Assembly: GCA_943356745.1 (NCBI GenBank)
Contig: CALRFT010000003.1
Coordinates: 10,853 to 74,852, forward strand
Source: Parcubacteria group bacterium
Lineage (GTDB): Bacteria; Patescibacteriota; Minisyncoccia; Phycocordibacterales; CSBR16-119
Reading direction: 5' to 3'
DNA: 64,000 nt
Shown: positions 38,672-47,624 of the stretch, in pieces
How positions within the stretch are numbered: the first letter of the stretch is position 1
Layout: the number at the start of each line of letters is the position of its first letter
The notes under the pieces: model-generated
The model's input: only the letters and a program-made list of their open reading frames with translations
The model's database searches: none
What the model was told of the DNA's origin: nothing
Made by a program: the position numbers and the translations under genes

Positions 38672-40357
38672 TTACATCCTCTCCAAATATTTAATTCCCA
38701 AAAGATGAAGTCCGTTTCCGATTGTTGTTGCAACGGACTGAGTGAGCCAAAGATTGTAAGAAACATTCAAATTTTCTTCATCAAGAATTTTTGTATTTCC
38801 ATACCAAGAATTAAACTCTCGCGCAAGTATCAAAAGATAGGTTGCAACATGATGCGGTTCCCATAACTTTTGAGAAGCTTCCACAACCTCAGGAAAACGA
38901 CAGAGATATTTTTCAAGATCAGAAACTTTTTCATCTTGTAGTTTTTGTGGTCTTGGTGCCAAGTTCATCCCCTTTCCTTTCTCGATAATAGAAAGACATC
39001 GAGCAACAGTATATTGCAAATATGGACCAGAATCTCCTTCAAAAGAAAGTGAAGTTTCTGGATCAAAATCAATATTTTTTCCAGCCATTGCTTTCAAGAT
39101 TGAAAACTTAATCGCAGCAATAGAAATTGCGTCAATTTTTTGAGTGTCATTTTTGTCTTCCAATCTTTCTTTCACCTCTTCCCCCACAGTCTCCAAAACC
39201 TCACTTGCAAGCGGAACACCGCCAAGCCGTGAAGACATTTTCTTTCCCTTGAAAGTCATTCTTCCATGAGTTCTATGGATTGTTTTTTCTTTCCACTCTG
39301 GTTTGATTTCACCCGCAGCTTCAAGCACTACTTTGTAGTATGAAGATTGTTCATTGTCAGTAATAAGAATAGAGGTGTTGGGATTATATCGAGAAAATTT
39401 AATATCAAGAAGTCCAATATCCTTCGCTTCGTATGTTGGATATCCTTCACTATTAATAAATACTCTCGTATGAAGCCCACGCGCTTCTCCGTCAAAAATA
39501 ACAGCTCCGTCAGATTCTTGGAATACTGTTCCAATATTTTCTTTCACAATTTCTCGTCCGCGCGCCCCAGCCTCACTTTCAAAAATGAATTCATGAAATG
39601 AAGAACCAAGTCTTTTTGTTTCTCCCAAGAAATATTCAAGATTTATTTCCTTTCCTTTCAAGTATGCAGAAAATTCTCTCCCTTCTTCTTTTTCATAAAT
39701 CTTTCGAGTAATCTCTTTTATCTCTTTTTGAATTTCTTCGCTTTCCTCAAATGCTTTTGTTCCATCAACATAGCACTGTCCCAAGAAATTGAGTTTTTCT
39801 TCAACAGTTTCAAGAGTCGAAAGATTTCCTTCACCTTTTTGCAAAAGACTCCACACAGCCTTTCCGATTCCCAAAGAAACATCAGATGGATATGAAATTT
39901 TCAAAACCTTTGCGCCTGAATATTCTGCGAGTCTCACAATTGACTCACCAACAGTATTGTTCATCACGTGACCAATGTGAAATGGTTTGAAAAGATTTGG
40001 GCTTGAATGTTCCACCACAATAGTGTCACCTTTTCGTGATTCATTTTTTCCATATTCAGAATCAATCTCAGAAATTGTTTCGTAGAAAATTTCAGGAGAA
40101 AGAAAGAAATTGATAAATCCAGGACCAGCAACTTCCACCTTTTCAATTCCTTGCACAGAAGAAATTTGAGAAACAATCTGTTCTCCAATTTCTCGTGGAT
40201 TTTTCCCAAGAATTTTTCCGTATCGCATCGCAACATTTGTTGCAAAGTCTCCATGAGAAAGCTCTCCAGGATGCTCAAAAGAAACCTCAGGGTTTGGAAC
40301 CCCAAGATCTTTCAAAATTTCAGATATTATTTTTGTAAGTGTTTCCAAAATTTTCAT
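38672..40357 (-). CDS. argS: arginyl-tRNA synthetase
   Basis: ..SPNLFKPFHIGHVMNNTVGESI.. (HIGH) and the ArgRS anticodon-binding C-terminus (..YLERM). Start is at the internal Met 40357 (MKILETLTKII..); the track ORF extends to 40459. Confidence 0.9.
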   Translation of the reverse strand: MKILETLTKIISEILKDLGVPNPEVSFEHPGELSHGDFATNVAMRYGKILGKNPREIGEQIVSQISSVQGIEKVEVAGPGFINFFLSPEIFYETISEIDSEYGKNESRKGDTIVVEHSSPNLFKPFHIGHVMNNTVGESIVRLAEYSGAKVLKISYPSDVSLGIGKAVWSLLQKGEGNLSTLETVEEKLNFLGQCYVDGTKAFEESEEIQKEIKEITRKIYEKEEGREFSAYLKGKEINLEYFLGETKRLGSSFHEFIFESEAGARGREIVKENIGTVFQESDGAVIFDGEARGLHTRVFINSEGYPTYEAKDIGLLDIKFSRYNPNTSILITDNEQSSYYKVVLEAAGEIKPEWKEKTIHRTHGRMTFKGKKMSSRLGGVPLASEVLETVGEEVKERLEDKNDTQKIDAISIAAIKFSILKAMAGKNIDFDPETSLSFEGDSGPYLQYTVARCLSIIEKGKGMNLAPRPQKLQDEKVSDLEKYLCRFPEVVEASQKLWEPHHVATYLLILAREFNSWYGNTKILDEENLNVSYNLWLTQSVATTIGNGLHLLGIKYLERM

Positions 40358-40376
40358 ATCAATACTATACCTCAAA

Positions 40377-40799
40377 TTACACTCCCGTGCTACCAAAACC
40401 TCCCTCTCCTCGAGACGAATCTGAAAGCTCTGAAACCTCTTCAATTTCAGCTTGTACAATTGGTTGTATTAAACCTTGCGCAACCTTTTTCCCTTTCTCA
40501 AAGGTGTAGGGTTCTTGCCCAAGATTTATTACAGCAATTTGAAGTTCTCCTCGATATCCCGAGTCAATCACACCAGCGATTGTTGTCACACCTCCCTTTG
40601 TTGAAATCCCGCTTTTGTCCCACACTAAAAATACATAACCTTCCGGAAATTCCATAGAGATGCCTGTTTTTACCAGCCCACGTTCACCGGGATTTAAAGT
40701 GAGAGTTTCTGACGCAAAAATATCCATCCCTGCGTCTCCCTTTTTTGCATAACTTGGAAACACCGCGTCACTGTGAAGTTTTTTGATTTTGAGTTTCAT
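40377..40799 (-). CDS. dut: dUTP diphosphatase (trimeric dUTPase)
   Basis: MKLKIKKLHSDAVFPSYAKKGDAGMDIFA.., ..GVIDSGYRGEL.. and C-terminal motif V ..RGEGGFGSTG. Start is at the internal Met 40799. Confidence 0.9.
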   Translation of the reverse strand: MKLKIKKLHSDAVFPSYAKKGDAGMDIFASETLTLNPGERGLVKTGISMEFPEGYVFLVWDKSGISTKGGVTTIAGVIDSGYRGELQIAVINLGQEPYTFEKGKKVAQGLIQPIVQAEIEEVSELSDSSRGEGGFGSTGV

Positions 40800-40884
40800 A
40801 TTTAAATTGTACTCGGATGACCCAAAATCACAAACCTTGCACATCCAGCTTGTTTTCTATAGACTGAGGGAAAATTTATGCACT

Positions 40885-41415
40885 ATGAACAAAAACGCAA
40901 TTGACTGGTTTGATGAAATTGTTGAACCCTGTAAGAAAACAGCTCAAGAAAAAGCACAAAGCTATGGAAGTAGCTGGACCTGGTATCGAGCAAGAAGTCT
41001 TGTTGATCGTATTTTTAGTAAAGCAAAACGAATACGAACCATTCAAGACACTGGTGAAAACAAGGTTGGAGAATCAATCCAAAGTGAATTTGAAGCAATT
41101 TTGAATTATTCAGTAATGTTTCTCATTCAATCAAAACGTAAATTTCAACCAGAAAATCTTTCATCAGATGAAGTTTTGAAACAATATGAGGAAAATCTCC
41201 TCGTATGTAAAACACTCATGAAAAAGAAAAACCATGACTATGGTGAAGCATGGCGTGATATGTCACAGGTTGGAATTGTTGATGAAATCATCGTAAAGCT
41301 TGAACGAGTAAAACAATTACTCAAAGAAAAACAAGATGTGAGCGACAATATCCCAGATGTTACAAACTACGCTATTTTCGCCCTCATCTTGATCAAAGAA
41401 GGACGAGAAGATTGA
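40885..41415 (+). CDS. hypothetical all-alpha protein in the thymidylate cluster
   Basis: 177 aa from the in-frame ATG at 40885 (MNKNAIDWFDEI..). Helical with no confident family. Its placement between dut and the ThyX-like genes suggests a nucleotide-metabolism accessory. Confidence 0.45.
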   Translation: MNKNAIDWFDEIVEPCKKTAQEKAQSYGSSWTWYRARSLVDRIFSKAKRIRTIQDTGENKVGESIQSEFEAILNYSVMFLIQSKRKFQPENLSSDEVLKQYEENLLVCKTLMKKKNHDYGEAWRDMSQVGIVDEIIVKLERVKQLLKEKQDVSDNIPDVTNYAIFALILIKEGRED

Positions 41416-41425
41416 AAATTTAATT

Positions 41426-41457
41426 AACCGCCCGCGCTTTGCGCGAGCGGTTTTTTC
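41426..41457 (+). terminator. hairpin ccgcccgcgc-tttgc-gcgagcgg plus T-run
   Basis: GC-rich stem plus U-run. Followed by a TTGACC -35-like element upstream of the next gene. Confidence 0.65.
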
Positions 41458-41517
41458 TATTTGACCAAATCAAACCAAATAAGGTAAGCTTGGGGAAACC
41501 AATTAAATTTAAGTTCT

Positions 41518-42396
41518 ATGACACATGTAAAACTCGTACAACCACTTGAAACAACTGGTATCCATATTCGAGATCAGTATTCTCCAGAAGACACCGCAAT
41601 GATGCAAGCTCTTTATTCGCGAAGTCCTGACAGTGTTCTTAACCATGAAAAAAAGGTTGAGGAACAAGGATCTGAAAAATTTATGGATATATTCTATGTG
41701 GGATATGACCATAAAAGTATCGGTGATTGTGGGACCACAACCATCTTTATAGAAGGAGTCAGTATGATCACCGCAAAAATTTTGCAAGATTGGCAACTCT
41801 ACAGTGGACAAGAAGCAAGTACCCGGTATCTCGACTGGTCAAAACAATCTGTTATTGATCCTCTGAATACTGAACTTTCAAGAAGCATCATCCAAAAGAT
41901 GATGAACTTCTATGCTTGGGCTCAACCTAAGCTTGTAGAATTTTTGAAAGAAAAGTACGCAATGAAAGAAGGAGAAACAGAAAAGCAATACGAAAAAGCA
42001 ATCAATGCTCGTTCGTTTGACATCCTCCGTGGATTCCTTCCTTCCGGCGCACAAACCAATCTTTCATGGCACACAAATCTTAGACAAGCTGGTGACAAAC
42101 TTCAAAAGATGATTCACCATCCGCTACCAGAAGCTCGCATACTTGCAGAAAAAATCCTCTTACAACTTAAGGAAAAGTACACAGGAAGCTTTAACTTTCG
42201 TGACTATCCTGAAGGTGAAGAGTACACAAAAATGGAAATGGAAGAACTTGCTTTTTATGATCCTTGGTATGTTAATAAACCAACCCATGTCATGGATGGC
42301 GAAGTTTCTATGAAAACACAAATATGTGCAATGGATCTTCTTCCGTTTAAAAAATTCATTGACCAGAGACCTAAGTACACAAATCTCCCTGTTTAA
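41518..42396 (+). CDS. ThyX (Thy1, flavin-dependent thymidylate synthase)-like protein, divergent
   Basis: 292 aa. N-terminus ..MMQALYSRSPD.. matches the ThyX ..AARVSY.. region. ..ITAKILQDWQLYSGQEASTRY.. aligns position-for-position with the ThyX motif ARQWFRHRIASYNELSGRY but has DWQ in place of RHR. ..NLSWHTNLRQAGDKL.. matches the ThyX ..FFWTVNARSLMNFLNLR.. helix. Confidence 0.65.
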   Translation: MTHVKLVQPLETTGIHIRDQYSPEDTAMMQALYSRSPDSVLNHEKKVEEQGSEKFMDIFYVGYDHKSIGDCGTTTIFIEGVSMITAKILQDWQLYSGQEASTRYLDWSKQSVIDPLNTELSRSIIQKMMNFYAWAQPKLVEFLKEKYAMKEGETEKQYEKAINARSFDILRGFLPSGAQTNLSWHTNLRQAGDKLQKMIHHPLPEARILAEKILLQLKEKYTGSFNFRDYPEGEEYTKMEMEELAFYDPWYVNKPTHVMDGEVSMKTQICAMDLLPFKKFIDQRPKYTNLPV

Positions 42397-42411
42397 ACTG
42401 ATGAACTTGGA

Positions 42412-42864
42412 ATGATTACATGGGAATTCTTACTGGATTTTGGGTCTTTTCGTGATCTTCAACGCCACAGAAAAGGTGTTTGCCGTATTCCGAAACTCAC
42501 AGTTAAGTATGGTTTTGAATCTTGGTACCTTGATCAGCTTTCTCCAGAAATTAAAGAAGAGGCAGAAAATCTTCTTCGTGAAATTGAAAGTGACATTGTC
42601 GAATTGGGCGACGGACTTGAAGTTCAGTATTACATACCAATGGGATACAAAATCCCCTGCAAAAATACGTATGGGTTAATGGCAACTGTATACATCACTG
42701 AACTTCGTTCAGGAAAAACAGTTCATCCTACCATGAGAAAAATTGCCCAAGGTATGTATGAGAGACTTATGGAAAAGTTTCCCAATCTCAAACTCTACAC
42801 CGACCTCAGCGAAGATGAATTCTCGTATAAAAGAGGTGGTCAGGATATTATTGAGAAAAAGTAA
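42412..42864 (+). CDS. second, shorter ThyX-like domain protein retaining the RHR motif
   Basis: 150 aa. ..EFLLDFGSFRDLQRHRKGV.. matches the ThyX ..FTFHVKAPIFVARQWFRHR... C-terminal ..RKIAQGMYERLMEKFP.. matches ThyX ..ALAIARIFKEKCP... It is in the same reading frame as 41518..42396, separated only by one TAA codon (42394..42396). Confidence 0.6.
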   Translation: MITWEFLLDFGSFRDLQRHRKGVCRIPKLTVKYGFESWYLDQLSPEIKEEAENLLREIESDIVELGDGLEVQYYIPMGYKIPCKNTYGLMATVYITELRSGKTVHPTMRKIAQGMYERLMEKFPNLKLYTDLSEDEFSYKRGGQDIIEKK

Positions 42865-42866
42865 TT

Positions 42867-42896
42867 TAAAAACCCTGCACGTTTGCGGGGTTTTTC
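42867..42896 (+). terminator. hairpin ccctgc-acgttt-gcgggg plus T-run
   Basis: Stem plus U-run. Followed by a TTGACT -35-like element. Confidence 0.6.
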
Positions 42897-42960
42897 TTAT
42901 TTGACTAGACAGTCTTAAAAAGGTAATGTTTACAAAAAGTTCAATTAAATCTATAACACC

Positions 42961-43596
42961 ATGAGACTTTCTGCTATCGATATCAAAAAAGGAATCAATA
43001 AAGGATCTATTACTGTTGACCCATTGTTTCCCAATGCCATACAACCAGCAACAGTTGACCTCCATCTTGGAAGACACTTTCTTGTATTTGAAGCATCAAA
43101 CTTAAAATCACTTGATTTAACAAAACCAATGGAAGAACACATGCGGAAAGTAACACTTGATGAAAACCACCCAGAGTTTGTTCTTCATCCACACAAGTTC
43201 GCGCTCGGGATTACACACGAACTTATAGGGACTGACCTTGGTCACTGTTGCAAGATAGACGGAATTAGTTCGATTGCACGCGCAGGGATTTTTGTTCACA
43301 TCACAGCAAGCAACATCAATCCAGGTCACAAACTTCATGTAACTTTAGAACTATTCAATGCTCTTGAGGTTCCTGTTGCACTTCATTGGGGTATGCCTAT
43401 TGCACAGATGGAGTTTTATCAACTTAAAACCCCACTCACAAAAAATGACGTTTACAAAGGTAATTTTTCAACTGTTAGTAAACAATCCCCGACCGCAAGT
43501 CAGTACTTTAAAAACTACTTGCCAGAAAAAAGTGAATGGATAAAATTTATGTGTAAAATACATGGAATTAATCCAATAACATTTGAAAGAACCTAG
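42961..43596 (+). CDS. dcd: dCTP deaminase
   Basis: ..PATVDLHLGRHF.. and ..KIDGISSIARAGIFVHITA.. are dCTP deaminase/dUTPase-superfamily motifs; 211 aa. Confidence 0.85.
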   Translation: MRLSAIDIKKGINKGSITVDPLFPNAIQPATVDLHLGRHFLVFEASNLKSLDLTKPMEEHMRKVTLDENHPEFVLHPHKFALGITHELIGTDLGHCCKIDGISSIARAGIFVHITASNINPGHKLHVTLELFNALEVPVALHWGMPIAQMEFYQLKTPLTKNDVYKGNFSTVSKQSPTASQYFKNYLPEKSEWIKFMCKIHGINPITFERT

Positions 43597-43611
43597 TTTT
43601 TTCAGCAAATC

Positions 43612-43640
43612 AAAAGCGACCCTTTCGGGTCGCTTTTTTA
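43612..43640. terminator. bidirectional terminator aaaagcgaccc-tttc-gggtcgctttttt between dcd and rplK
   Basis: Perfect stem flanked by A-run and T-run. Confidence 0.75.
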
Positions 43641-43647
43641 TTTATAT

Positions 43648-44082
43648 TTAATCAACAATTTCTACTCCCATAGAAAAACATTGTCCTTCTACGATTTTCA
43701 TTGCTGCCTCAATTGTCTTAGCGTTAAGATCTGGCATTTTTTGCTCAGCAATCTTTTGAACTTGTGCCTTTGTAAGTTTCCCTACTTTCTTAGATCTGTT
43801 TTTTCCTGATCCTGAAGCGATTCCAAGTTCTTGCTTAATAAGGTGTGACATAAGAGTTTGTCCAACCGTAAATTCAAATGATCGGTCTTCGTACACAAAG
43901 ATTTTTACAGGAACCTTTCCTTTCATTTCTCGTGTTCGTTCGTTGAATTCTTGAGTGAACGCACTAATGTTTACTCCCGCTTGTCCAAGTGCTGGTCCAA
44001 GTGGTGGTTGTGGAGTAGCTTTTCCAGCTTCCACTTGCACTTTCACAGTCTTTACTGGTGCTTTTTTCTTTTTCGGTGCCAT
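43648..44082 (-). CDS. rplK: 50S ribosomal protein L11
   Basis: ..KVQVEAGKATPQPPLGPALGQAGVNI.. is canonical L11. Confidence 0.95.
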   Translation of the reverse strand: MAPKKKKAPVKTVKVQVEAGKATPQPPLGPALGQAGVNISAFTQEFNERTREMKGKVPVKIFVYEDRSFEFTVGQTLMSHLIKQELGIASGSGKNRSKKVGKLTKAQVQKIAEQKMPDLNAKTIEAAMKIVEGQCFSMGVEIVD

Positions 44083-44095
44083 AGTATTTTAGTAA

Positions 44096-44644
44096 TTAAA
44101 TCTTTTTAATCTGAAGAAAATCAAGTTCAACAGGAGTTTCTCGTCCGAACATATTTACAAGTACACGAATCTTTCCTCGTTCTTTGTCGATTTCAGCAAT
44201 CTTGCCTTCGTGGTCTTTAAATGGACCATCAACCACAAGAATACTTTCACCAATTTCAAGATCAAGGTTTGCAATATCTCGCTCACTTGTTTTCATTCGA
44301 CTGAAGATGTAGTTAATTTCTTCTTCAGCAACTGGAACTGGGTTTACCCCTGCCCCAACGAATCCTGTTACTCGTGGAGTGTTTCGAACAACATACCACG
44401 AATCATCATCCACAAGCATGTCCACAAGAACATATCCTGGATAAATTTTTTCTTCTGTTTCTGTTTTCTTTCCTCCTTTAATTTTTACTTTCTTCTCAAC
44501 TGGAACGATAACATCGAAAATTTTATTTTGCATTCCGAGTGTATCGATTCGTTGCTTCAAATTTCGCGCAACTGCATTTTCATATCCTGAATAGGTATGA
44601 ATTGCGTACCAGTTTCGATTTTGTGAACTATCTTGTTTTGCCAT
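44096..44644 (-). CDS. nusG: transcription termination/antitermination factor NusG
   Basis: NGN domain (..NWYAIHTYSGYENAV..) and KOW domain (..GESILVVDGPFKDHEGKIAEID..). Confidence 0.95.
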   Translation of the reverse strand: MAKQDSSQNRNWYAIHTYSGYENAVARNLKQRIDTLGMQNKIFDVIVPVEKKVKIKGGKKTETEEKIYPGYVLVDMLVDDDSWYVVRNTPRVTGFVGAGVNPVPVAEEEINYIFSRMKTSERDIANLDLEIGESILVVDGPFKDHEGKIAEIDKERGKIRVLVNMFGRETPVELDFLQIKKI

Positions 44645-44683
44645 AGATAGAAAAGGTATAAAAACCTATTAATTAATAAAAAA

Positions 44684-44860
44684 TTAAAGAATGATATTCA
44701 AAAGATAACTGAAGACGAAATCAAAGAATCCTAGGTAATATCCCACAAGAAATGCAGCTATTACAACAGCGATTGTTGAAACAATAGTTGTTTTTCGTGT
44801 TGGCCAATTGATATGTTTTGCTTCGGCTCGAGTATCTTTTATAAATTGAAAAATTTTCAT
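44684..44860 (-). CDS. secE: preprotein translocase subunit SecE (58 aa)
   Basis: Below the track cutoff; found by eye. ATG at 44860: MKIFQFIKDTRAEAKHINWPTRKTTIVSTIAVVIAAFLVGYYLGFFDFVFSYLLNIIL. Single TM; canonical position upstream of nusG. Confidence 0.75.
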   Translation of the reverse strand: MKIFQFIKDTRAEAKHINWPTRKTTIVSTIAVVIAAFLVGYYLGFFDFVFSYLLNIIL

Positions 44861-44994
44861 ATATTTTTTAGTCTGATAGAGAGGCGTCAGACTGTATTAT
44901 ACAAACCAGCTTTCACTATGTTTGTTATTAAAAAACACCCCTCAGGGCTCTTTTATATTACTTCTAACTAGGGTTTTTGTCAATCAAGACACTT

Positions 44995-45573
44995 TTAAAG
45001 ACCTTGAGTCCAAGTTACACCAAAAAGTATAAAAAGTACCAAAGTAATATTTCCCAAAAGACCTGGAATTATAAAACTAAGATATGGAAAACGAGCAAAC
45101 GAAAGAGCAACCATTAAAAAGTCTCCTGGAAGTGGAGTAAAACCTGTATACAAATACACAATAGACTGAACCACGAATCGAGGCTTTCGACTCAACCATT
45201 TTGCATATTTTTCTGCGAGTATTTTAATTTTTCCTGAAATATTATCTCTTCCCCATGTACCAATAAGATAAAAAATAGCATCACCGACTGAAAGGCCTGT
45301 TCCTGCAACCAAAGCAATCATCCAAGGATTGAGTCCAGTACTAGCAAGACTTACTATTGTTGCGTAATAAGAAGATGAAGTAAAACTTGAAGAACCAGCA
45401 ATCATTGCGACAAAAAAGAGAACTAGGTAACTATTTGTGACACCAATAGCTTCAATGACTTTTTCTATATCCACAAAGAAAAAAAGCACACCTAGTGTGA
45501 CCAGAAAGAAAAGTATCCAAATAATTCCTTTAAAGTGACGAACTCTATGTCTCATGTAAAAAGTATAACACAA
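44995..45573 (-). CDS. DedA/VTT-domain (TVP38/TMEM64-like) membrane protein
   Basis: 192 aa, 4-5 TM helices; ..GFTPLPGDFLMVALSFARFPYLSF.. resembles the VTT/DedA core. Confidence 0.6.
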   Translation of the reverse strand: MCYTFYMRHRVRHFKGIIWILFFLVTLGVLFFFVDIEKVIEAIGVTNSYLVLFFVAMIAGSSSFTSSSYYATIVSLASTGLNPWMIALVAGTGLSVGDAIFYLIGTWGRDNISGKIKILAEKYAKWLSRKPRFVVQSIVYLYTGFTPLPGDFLMVALSFARFPYLSFIIPGLLGNITLVLFILFGVTWTQGL

Positions 45574-45601
45574 TAAAAAAATCTCCTTGCGGAGATTTTT
45601 T

Positions 45602-46396
45602 TTATTTTATTTTAAACACCAATGTAACCTGCATTTCGAATTCATCTTCACCGACAGGAATTGAAACTGCTTTCATTTCTACTGATTCTGCCATCGCCAT
45701 ATCCATCCCACCCTCTCGAGCACTCATGTATGGTGCATACCCTCCAGTACTTTCGTAGAAATCAACCATCTTTCCAAGTCTTACACCAAGATTATCAGCA
45801 ATGATTTCTGCCTCTTTTCGAGCGTCTTCAATTGCCAAACTTCGAGCTTCTTGTTGATACACACTCGGGTCATCAATTTCAAAATATGGCCCAGAAAGTT
45901 CTGTTGCTCCACTTTGAGCAAGAACACCAAGTATTTCACCAGCCTGATCAATATTTCGAACGGTTACTTCAATTGATTGAGAAACTTCGTACGCAGCAAG
46001 TTCTCGATTTCCATCAACACAATATATTCCTGTGCAGTTTGGTTTGTAGTCATATCGAGGATAGGCATTGTAAGCAACTTGATCAATATCTTTTTCTTCA
46101 ATTCCATACTGTTTGAGAGATTCAAGAGCTTTTGAAATTGTTGCTTCAAGATTAGCTTGCGCAGTCTTGAGATCTTTATTTTCTTCTCTGTGACCAAAAG
46201 TAATTTTAGCAACATCTGGAACAGCTTTTACAGTACCGATACCTTGAACCTCAATAGTATCAGTATAATTATTCATTGAATTAGAGTTTCGATACATTGA
46301 AACTGCCGTAATTGAAAGAATAATTATCAAAAGCCCAAGGAAACCGGTCGCTGAATTAAGAAACAATTGTAATGCTTTGTTAGTATTTGAATCCAT
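45602..46396 (-). CDS. SIMPL-domain (DUF541, 26-kDa periplasmic immunogenic protein-like) protein
   Basis: N-terminal TM anchor; ..TIEVQGIGTVKAVPDVAKITFG.. and ..ARSLAIEDARKEAEIIADNLGVRLGKMV.. are typical SIMPL. Confidence 0.7.
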   Translation of the reverse strand: MDSNTNKALQLFLNSATGFLGLLIIILSITAVSMYRNSNSMNNYTDTIEVQGIGTVKAVPDVAKITFGHREENKDLKTAQANLEATISKALESLKQYGIEEKDIDQVAYNAYPRYDYKPNCTGIYCVDGNRELAAYEVSQSIEVTVRNIDQAGEILGVLAQSGATELSGPYFEIDDPSVYQQEARSLAIEDARKEAEIIADNLGVRLGKMVDFYESTGGYAPYMSAREGGMDMAMAESVEMKAVSIPVGEDEFEMQVTLVFKIK

Positions 46397-46400
46397 ATAA

Positions 46401-47132
46401 TTAGTGAGATTTTAATTGAAGGTACGGAGAAACAGTAAGAAGTGAGAACCAAGGCGCGAGTGCAATTCCAAATATGATTACAACTATTTCAGAAAGGATT
46501 GGAGAAATAAATCCAATTCTACTTGTAATAATCTGAACAACAGCCGAAAGAATACTTACACAAATAATGAAGAGAAGAAACTTCCATCCATTCCCTTTCA
46601 TCATTGTATGACTTTTTTTCATTGAATTTATAATTGTTTCTTTTGAATCAACAAGAATATACACAGAGAAAGCAAGACGAACTGCAACATATGCAACCCA
46701 AACAATAAATGCAGAAATTCCAAGAATTGGATGAATCTTTGAAAGTCCAAGAGAAAGGAGATATCCGATGATAAGTGCGCCCCCACCCACTAGTAGTAAT
46801 AATCCTGTTGTTTTTGCAATTAACTTAAAATTCCAAACTGATGAAAATGATTTCTTAAAGTGCACTTCTTTTGTTTTATACGCAACAAGAGAAAGATTAA
46901 TATTTACAAGAATAAAGTAAACACCTAAAAACAGGAATAGTGCAAGAAGTGGAATCATTACCCACCAAAGACCACGTAGAAGTAATACTGTACTAAGGAA
47001 TCCAGAAGCTCCAAATACAATATAAAGTCCTATAATTGCAACAAAACTTACTAGAATAAATGGCAAATAAAACTTTTTTGAAGTAAAAATACTCCAAGAG
47101 TCTTTAAAAGATTTTTTAATACTAAATGTCAT
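46401..47132 (-). CDS. hypothetical polytopic membrane protein
   Basis: 243 aa, about 6 TM helices, no family recognised. Confidence 0.45.
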   Translation of the reverse strand: MTFSIKKSFKDSWSIFTSKKFYLPFILVSFVAIIGLYIVFGASGFLSTVLLLRGLWWVMIPLLALFLFLGVYFILVNINLSLVAYKTKEVHFKKSFSSVWNFKLIAKTTGLLLLVGGGALIIGYLLSLGLSKIHPILGISAFIVWVAYVAVRLAFSVYILVDSKETIINSMKKSHTMMKGNGWKFLLFIICVSILSAVVQIITSRIGFISPILSEIVVIIFGIALAPWFSLLTVSPYLQLKSH

Positions 47133-47177
47133 AATTGTTTATTAATTTTAATAATTGATTTAATTATACAATATAAT

Positions 47178-47612
47178 TTATTGAATTCCCAAAAGCTCAA
47201 CTTCAAAGATAAGTGTTGAATTTGGAGGAATTGGGCCAACTTGATTATCTCCATATCCATACGCTGGCGGAATAATAAGTTTTCTCTTTTCACCAACTTT
47301 CATATTTTGAAGACCTTGATCCCAACCAGCAATTACACTTCCGGTTCCGTATGGAAACTCAAATGGTTGCCCTCGAGTCAAACTTGAATCAAATACAACA
47401 CCATCTTCTAATGTTCCCGTGTAATGAACCACAGCAATTTGCCCAGGTTGAAGCATTGCCTCACCAGTTCCTTCTTGCAAAACAGTAACCATGAGTTCAG
47501 ATTGAGATTGTTCCATTGTTTGATTCTCAGTATTTTGTTGAGGCTTCATAATAAAGACAACCCCAACAATAACACCTACGATTATAATAATTGAAATAAT
47601 TGTTTGTTTCAT
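47178..47612 (-). CDS. FKBP-type peptidyl-prolyl cis-trans isomerase, secreted or membrane-anchored
   Basis: Signal/anchor at the N-terminus, then ..[60 protein letters not shown].. (FKBP_C). Confidence 0.9.
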   Translation of the reverse strand: MKQTIISIIIIVGVIVGVVFIMKPQQNTENQTMEQSQSELMVTVLQEGTGEAMLQPGQIAVVHYTGTLEDGVVFDSSLTRGQPFEFPYGTGSVIAGWDQGLQNMKVGEKRKLIIPPAYGYGDNQVGPIPPNSTLIFEVELLGIQ

Positions 47613-47624
47613 ATATATAGTATA

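Noticed and set aside
42394-42396. TAA between ThyX-like halves being read as a sense codon via an alternative genetic code
   Set aside because: The CPR lineages with recoding reassign UGA, not UAA. TGA is used as an ordinary stop in this window (for example the 62318..62557 ORF), and all other genes close normally under the standard code. Kept as two CDS with the fusion or pseudogene question flagged.
44872-44897. Possible tRNA-Trp upstream of secE
   Set aside because: Only a single 7-bp hairpin with no cloverleaf, T-loop or acceptor pairing. Too short for a tRNA.
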